From the IMG/VR virus record IMGVR_UViG_3300008339_006649, positions 1-63,217 of that record: a stretch of DNA of 63,217 bases; one strand, given 5' to 3'. The stretch comes from a virus (lineage: Duplodnaviria > Caudoviricetes). How positions within the stretch are numbered: position 1 is the first letter of the stretch; every line of letters begins with the position of its first letter. The notes beneath the pieces were generated by a model. The model had not been told where the DNA came from, made no database searches, and worked only from the letters and a program-made list of their open reading frames with translations. The position numbers and the translations under genes were made by a program. This document shows, piece after piece, positions 60,153 through 63,217 of this stretch.

Positions 60153-61727
60153 ATGAGTAGATTAACATCGAGGAGTTTAGCGACAGGAGCAACACTAAAT
60201 GACCTCATACATATTGTAATAACGGGTGACACGACACAAAATGCTGCCGGGTCTTCATATAAAGCAACATTAAGTCAGTTGTCTCCACTTTTTGTTAGTC
60301 CTAATGTTTATGTTACGGGAGGTACTGCAAACTCTACAGGAGGTACAATTACCTTTACTAACTCTACGGGTGGTACGTTTACTGTAACTGGAGCTACAAC
60401 GCCCTTTAGTGGTGGTTCAGGGTCATGTATTAATAATTTATATACTAATAATGTTTATGCGTGTACAGATGAGATTACAGTATATAATAGAGTTCAATCG
60501 GATAGTTCAGATGCTCAATCAACATTAAGTTTTGCCTTTGGTAGGGGTGTTCAGGCCTTAGGTGATTATACAGCAGCAAAGGGTTCATTTACAATTGCGT
60601 CCGGGGTCACATCACATGCTGAAGGTACATATACAAGTGCTTTTGGTATTTATTCACATAGTGAAGGAAATTCGTCAAGAACTGGAACAAATAATGCATA
60701 TTTAGCCACAGGACTAACATCGGGAGTTGTTTATTTAAGTAGTACATATGGTAACGTAACTTCAAATTTTACAAATGGTGAATTTATTTATATAAATGAT
60801 GAAAATTTTTCAGGATCTTTGTTAGAGACTTATGGTAAAGTTTCAGGAACTACTTTTTCGGCAGGACAGACATTAATTTATTTATATGATACATTAACCA
60901 CAACTGCAGGTAGCTGCTATGTTGGAGATACTAAATACCCTGACCAATGGGGAGGTGATAAAGTAATTGGCGGTCAAGGTGCAAATTCTAAAGGTTTCAC
61001 TACATCTGCTATAGGTAAATATTCATTAACTAGTGGTCAACAAACCGCAGGGTTAGGCCCATACAATCTAACTACAGGTAAAAATAATAAAGTATATGGG
61101 ACTTCATCCTTAGCGATAGGTACCTCTAATGTTGTTGCGGGAACAACATCATTTGTATTTGGAGATTCAAATAGGGTAGAAGGAACACAATCCACCACAT
61201 TTGGTACTAATAATAATATTTATTCAGATAAAAGTTTTGCTGGAGGTTCAAATAACACAACAAATGGACTAAGCTCTTTTATATATAGTAGACAATCAAC
61301 AATTAATAACGCCCAAGGGGCGATACTTGGAGGTATATTCAATTTTATACAATCGGGATCGACAGAAAACGGTGGTATTTTTGGTGGTCAGTATAATACT
61401 ATTGCAGGTGTGACCCCTAGTGACCCAACACAAGACAGTGTTATAATTGGTGGTTCTGGAAACACCGTAACATACTTTAATTCCGCGATAATTGCTAGTG
61501 AAAGGTCTATGCTTACTACCGACCACTCAGTGATTTTAGGGGGTACAAATATTACCGGAACAACCGCAGAAACTGTCTACGTACCAAAAATAAGATTAGT
61601 AACGTCAGGAACACCATCAGGTAGTGCGGACACACAAGGAGAACCAGGTTCATTACTTTGGGATAATACTTATTTTTATTTTAAAACTAATCTAGGTTGG
61701 AGAAGAATAAGCGGATCAACATTCTAA
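60153..61727 (+). CDS. Tail fibre/spike with YadA-like beta-roll repeats
   Basis: SHAEG/SHSEG and S-x-A-x-G-x-x-N 14-residue repeats; C-terminal GEPGSLLWDNTYFYFKTNLGWRR. Confidence 0.7.
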   Translation: MSRLTSRSLATGATLNDLIHIVITGDTTQNAAGSSYKATLSQLSPLFVSPNVYVTGGTANSTGGTITFTNSTGGTFTVTGATTPFSGGSGSCINNLYTNNVYACTDEITVYNRVQSDSSDAQSTLSFAFGRGVQALGDYTAAKGSFTIASGVTSHAEGTYTSAFGIYSHSEGNSSRTGTNNAYLATGLTSGVVYLSSTYGNVTSNFTNGEFIYINDENFSGSLLETYGKVSGTTFSAGQTLIYLYDTLTTTAGSCYVGDTKYPDQWGGDKVIGGQGANSKGFTTSAIGKYSLTSGQQTAGLGPYNLTTGKNNKVYGTSSLAIGTSNVVAGTTSFVFGDSNRVEGTQSTTFGTNNNIYSDKSFAGGSNNTTNGLSSFIYSRQSTINNAQGAILGGIFNFIQSGSTENGGIFGGQYNTIAGVTPSDPTQDSVIIGGSGNTVTYFNSAIIASERSMLTTDHSVILGGTNITGTTAETVYVPKIRLVTSGTPSGSADTQGEPGSLLWDNTYFYFKTNLGWRRISGSTF

Positions 61728-61728
61728 T

Positions 61729-63217
61729 ATGGGACTTTTAAGTGGAAATAGTTGTAATATCATAACACTCTTACCTTTAGGTTTGGATTGTAGTAGTATA
61801 AATGCGTCAACCCCGCAATCATCAAATGGTGTTGTTAGTTTATATGTTACGGGTGGGACTCCACCATATAATATTACATGGAGTAATGGTGGGCAAGGTA
61901 ATTTACTAACAAATTTAAGACCTGGTAGTTATACAGCAACTGTTATTGATTATTATGGTGATTTCACAGGAACAACAACATGTACGGTTGATTATGATAG
62001 TTTTTATTTAGAAAGATTTGACGATTGTTCAAATAGTGGTAGCTCGGTTTATTATTTGGCTGATACTGTTTACCCATTTAGTGCTGGTACGGTATATGAA
62101 TTAACAACACAAACTGGTTGTTGGACAAGTAGCGGAACAACACTATATACTGGACAAACATATATCGGTAGTTACGCAATTTCTGTTTCAGCATACACAG
62201 GATGCTCACAATGTTTACCTACCCCAACACCAACACCAACTTACCCTGACGATTTATGTTTTGAACTAACCCAAGGTAATAGTATTACACAAATTAATTT
62301 TGCATCAGGTGGTACAATTAACGGTTATCCTTCTTGGACAAGTGTTACACCAAGTTATATAATGTATTATAATAGTGGTACAACAAGATGGACTATTAGT
62401 GGTTGGACTACAGGAGGTGCTCCGTATAATATGACACCGCAAACACCACCAACAGGTAGTTGGACATTGGTAGGCGCAATGGCTTATGGGTCATCTTTAA
62501 ATGTGACTAGCGGTATTTGCCAAAACCCACCTATGACTATAACTTTGACACCAACAAACCCATCATGTTCAACTTTAACTAATGGTTCTGTTGTTGTAAC
62601 CGCAATAGGGGGATTATCGCCATACACCTATTCACTTGATGGAGTTAACTACCAAGTATCTAATATATTTGTTAATTTGGGTTCAGGTACCTACACTGCA
62701 TATGTAAAAGATTCATCAAATACGGTTAGTAGTCAATCTTTTACATTAACCGCACAACAGACTTTTCAAAATTATAATGTTAATTTAACCATTAATCCTG
62801 GTCAAATAACAAATGTTGGTACGTCATCATCAAGAACTTCTACTTGGTCATTAACTGTCTCACCAACACCATTACCTGCTGGTGTAACGGTTAATATGAA
62901 TTTATTATTTAATGTGTTATCGACCGCCTATACGTCTACAATCATTACAACATTTAATAATACGATAGTTACTAATACTAACCCTAACTCAACTGTTACT
63001 TTATTATCGACAAGTCCGACAACTGGAAGCAGCGTAGTAAGACCCGTTTGTGATGGGGGTAATATTACAACCAGTGCGTATACTAAAACATATTCTGTAC
63101 AGTTATCCACAAACGGATTCGCATCTGGAACTATTACTCAATATGTTAATACACCTTGCAGTTATCAAAATGGATGTGAATTGAGAGGTTATTTAAAAGA
63201 CAGTATTAGTGTCCAAA
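61729..63217 (+). CDS. SprB-repeat, Cys-rich, PT-linker virion protein (partial, runs off the window)
   Basis: Not in the ORF track. Open from ATG 61729: MGLLSGNSC...VTGGTPPYNITWSNG...[15 protein letters not shown]...GGLSPYTYSLDG...; no stop before the window end. Confidence 0.8.
   Translation, partial: MGLLSGNSCNIITLLPLGLDCSSINASTPQSSNGVVSLYVTGGTPPYNITWSNGGQGNLLTNLRPGSYTATVIDYYGDFTGTTTCTVDYDSFYLERFDDCSNSGSSVYYLADTVYPFSAGTVYELTTQTGCWTSSGTTLYTGQTYIGSYAISVSAYTGCSQCLPTPTPTPTYPDDLCFELTQGNSITQINFASGGTINGYPSWTSVTPSYIMYYNSGTTRWTISGWTTGGAPYNMTPQTPPTGSWTLVGAMAYGSSLNVTSGICQNPPMTITLTPTNPSCSTLTNGSVVVTAIGGLSPYTYSLDGVNYQVSNIFVNLGSGTYTAYVKDSSNTVSSQSFTLTAQQTFQNYNVNLTINPGQITNVGTSSSRTSTWSLTVSPTPLPAGVTVNMNLLFNVLSTAYTSTIITTFNNTIVTNTNPNSTVTLLSTSPTTGSSVVRPVCDGGNITTSAYTKTYSVQLSTNGFASGTITQYVNTPCSYQNGCELRGYLKDSISVQ

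Noticed and set aside
594-63110. Numerous short ORFs antisense to or nested in long genes (e.g. 8449-8877, 34102-34680, 27957-28232, 55777-55962, 59124-59345)
   Set aside because: They are shadow frames of well-supported genes or of low-complexity repeats, with no motifs or expression signals.
1-63217. Stop-codon reassignment (TAG/TGA recoding seen in some large phages)
   Set aside because: Very long ORFs are intact in code 11, and TAG (recA, RHH) and TGA (SNF2, GT60) end genes at sensible positions.

Overview
AT-rich, densely coding segment of a large (probably jumbo) T4-like myophage read in the standard genetic code. The host is most likely Bacteroidota, judging by SprB repeats, A-rich starts without Shine-Dalgarno, TTG-N19-TA promoters and the nrdAB type. 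Layout: neck gp13-like gene (partial), a zincin-motif/Mn-type SOD fusion and an SNF2 helicase on the minus strand; then neck, tail terminator, sheath, HAD phosphatase, tube, tail-assembly chaperone pair, tape measure and giant baseplate-hub genes; an inserted replication block (ssb, recA/uvsX, 5'-3' exonuclease, dnaB, nrdB, nrdA); baseplate wedge genes; and a long cluster of Cys/Thr/Gly-rich fibre or decoration genes. The most interesting candidate system is a GT60-type polypeptide GlcNAc-transferase plus a second glycosyltransferase embedded among virion proteins with mucin-like (Thr-Pro)n tracts and a pervasive [S/T]-G-x-T motif, which suggests phage-encoded mucin-type O-glycosylation of the virion. 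Also notable are a prfB-like +1 frameshift in the tail chaperone, a TATTTAT late-promoter motif, and a family of putative head-packaged proteins. All assignments come from motif reading by eye; no searches were run.
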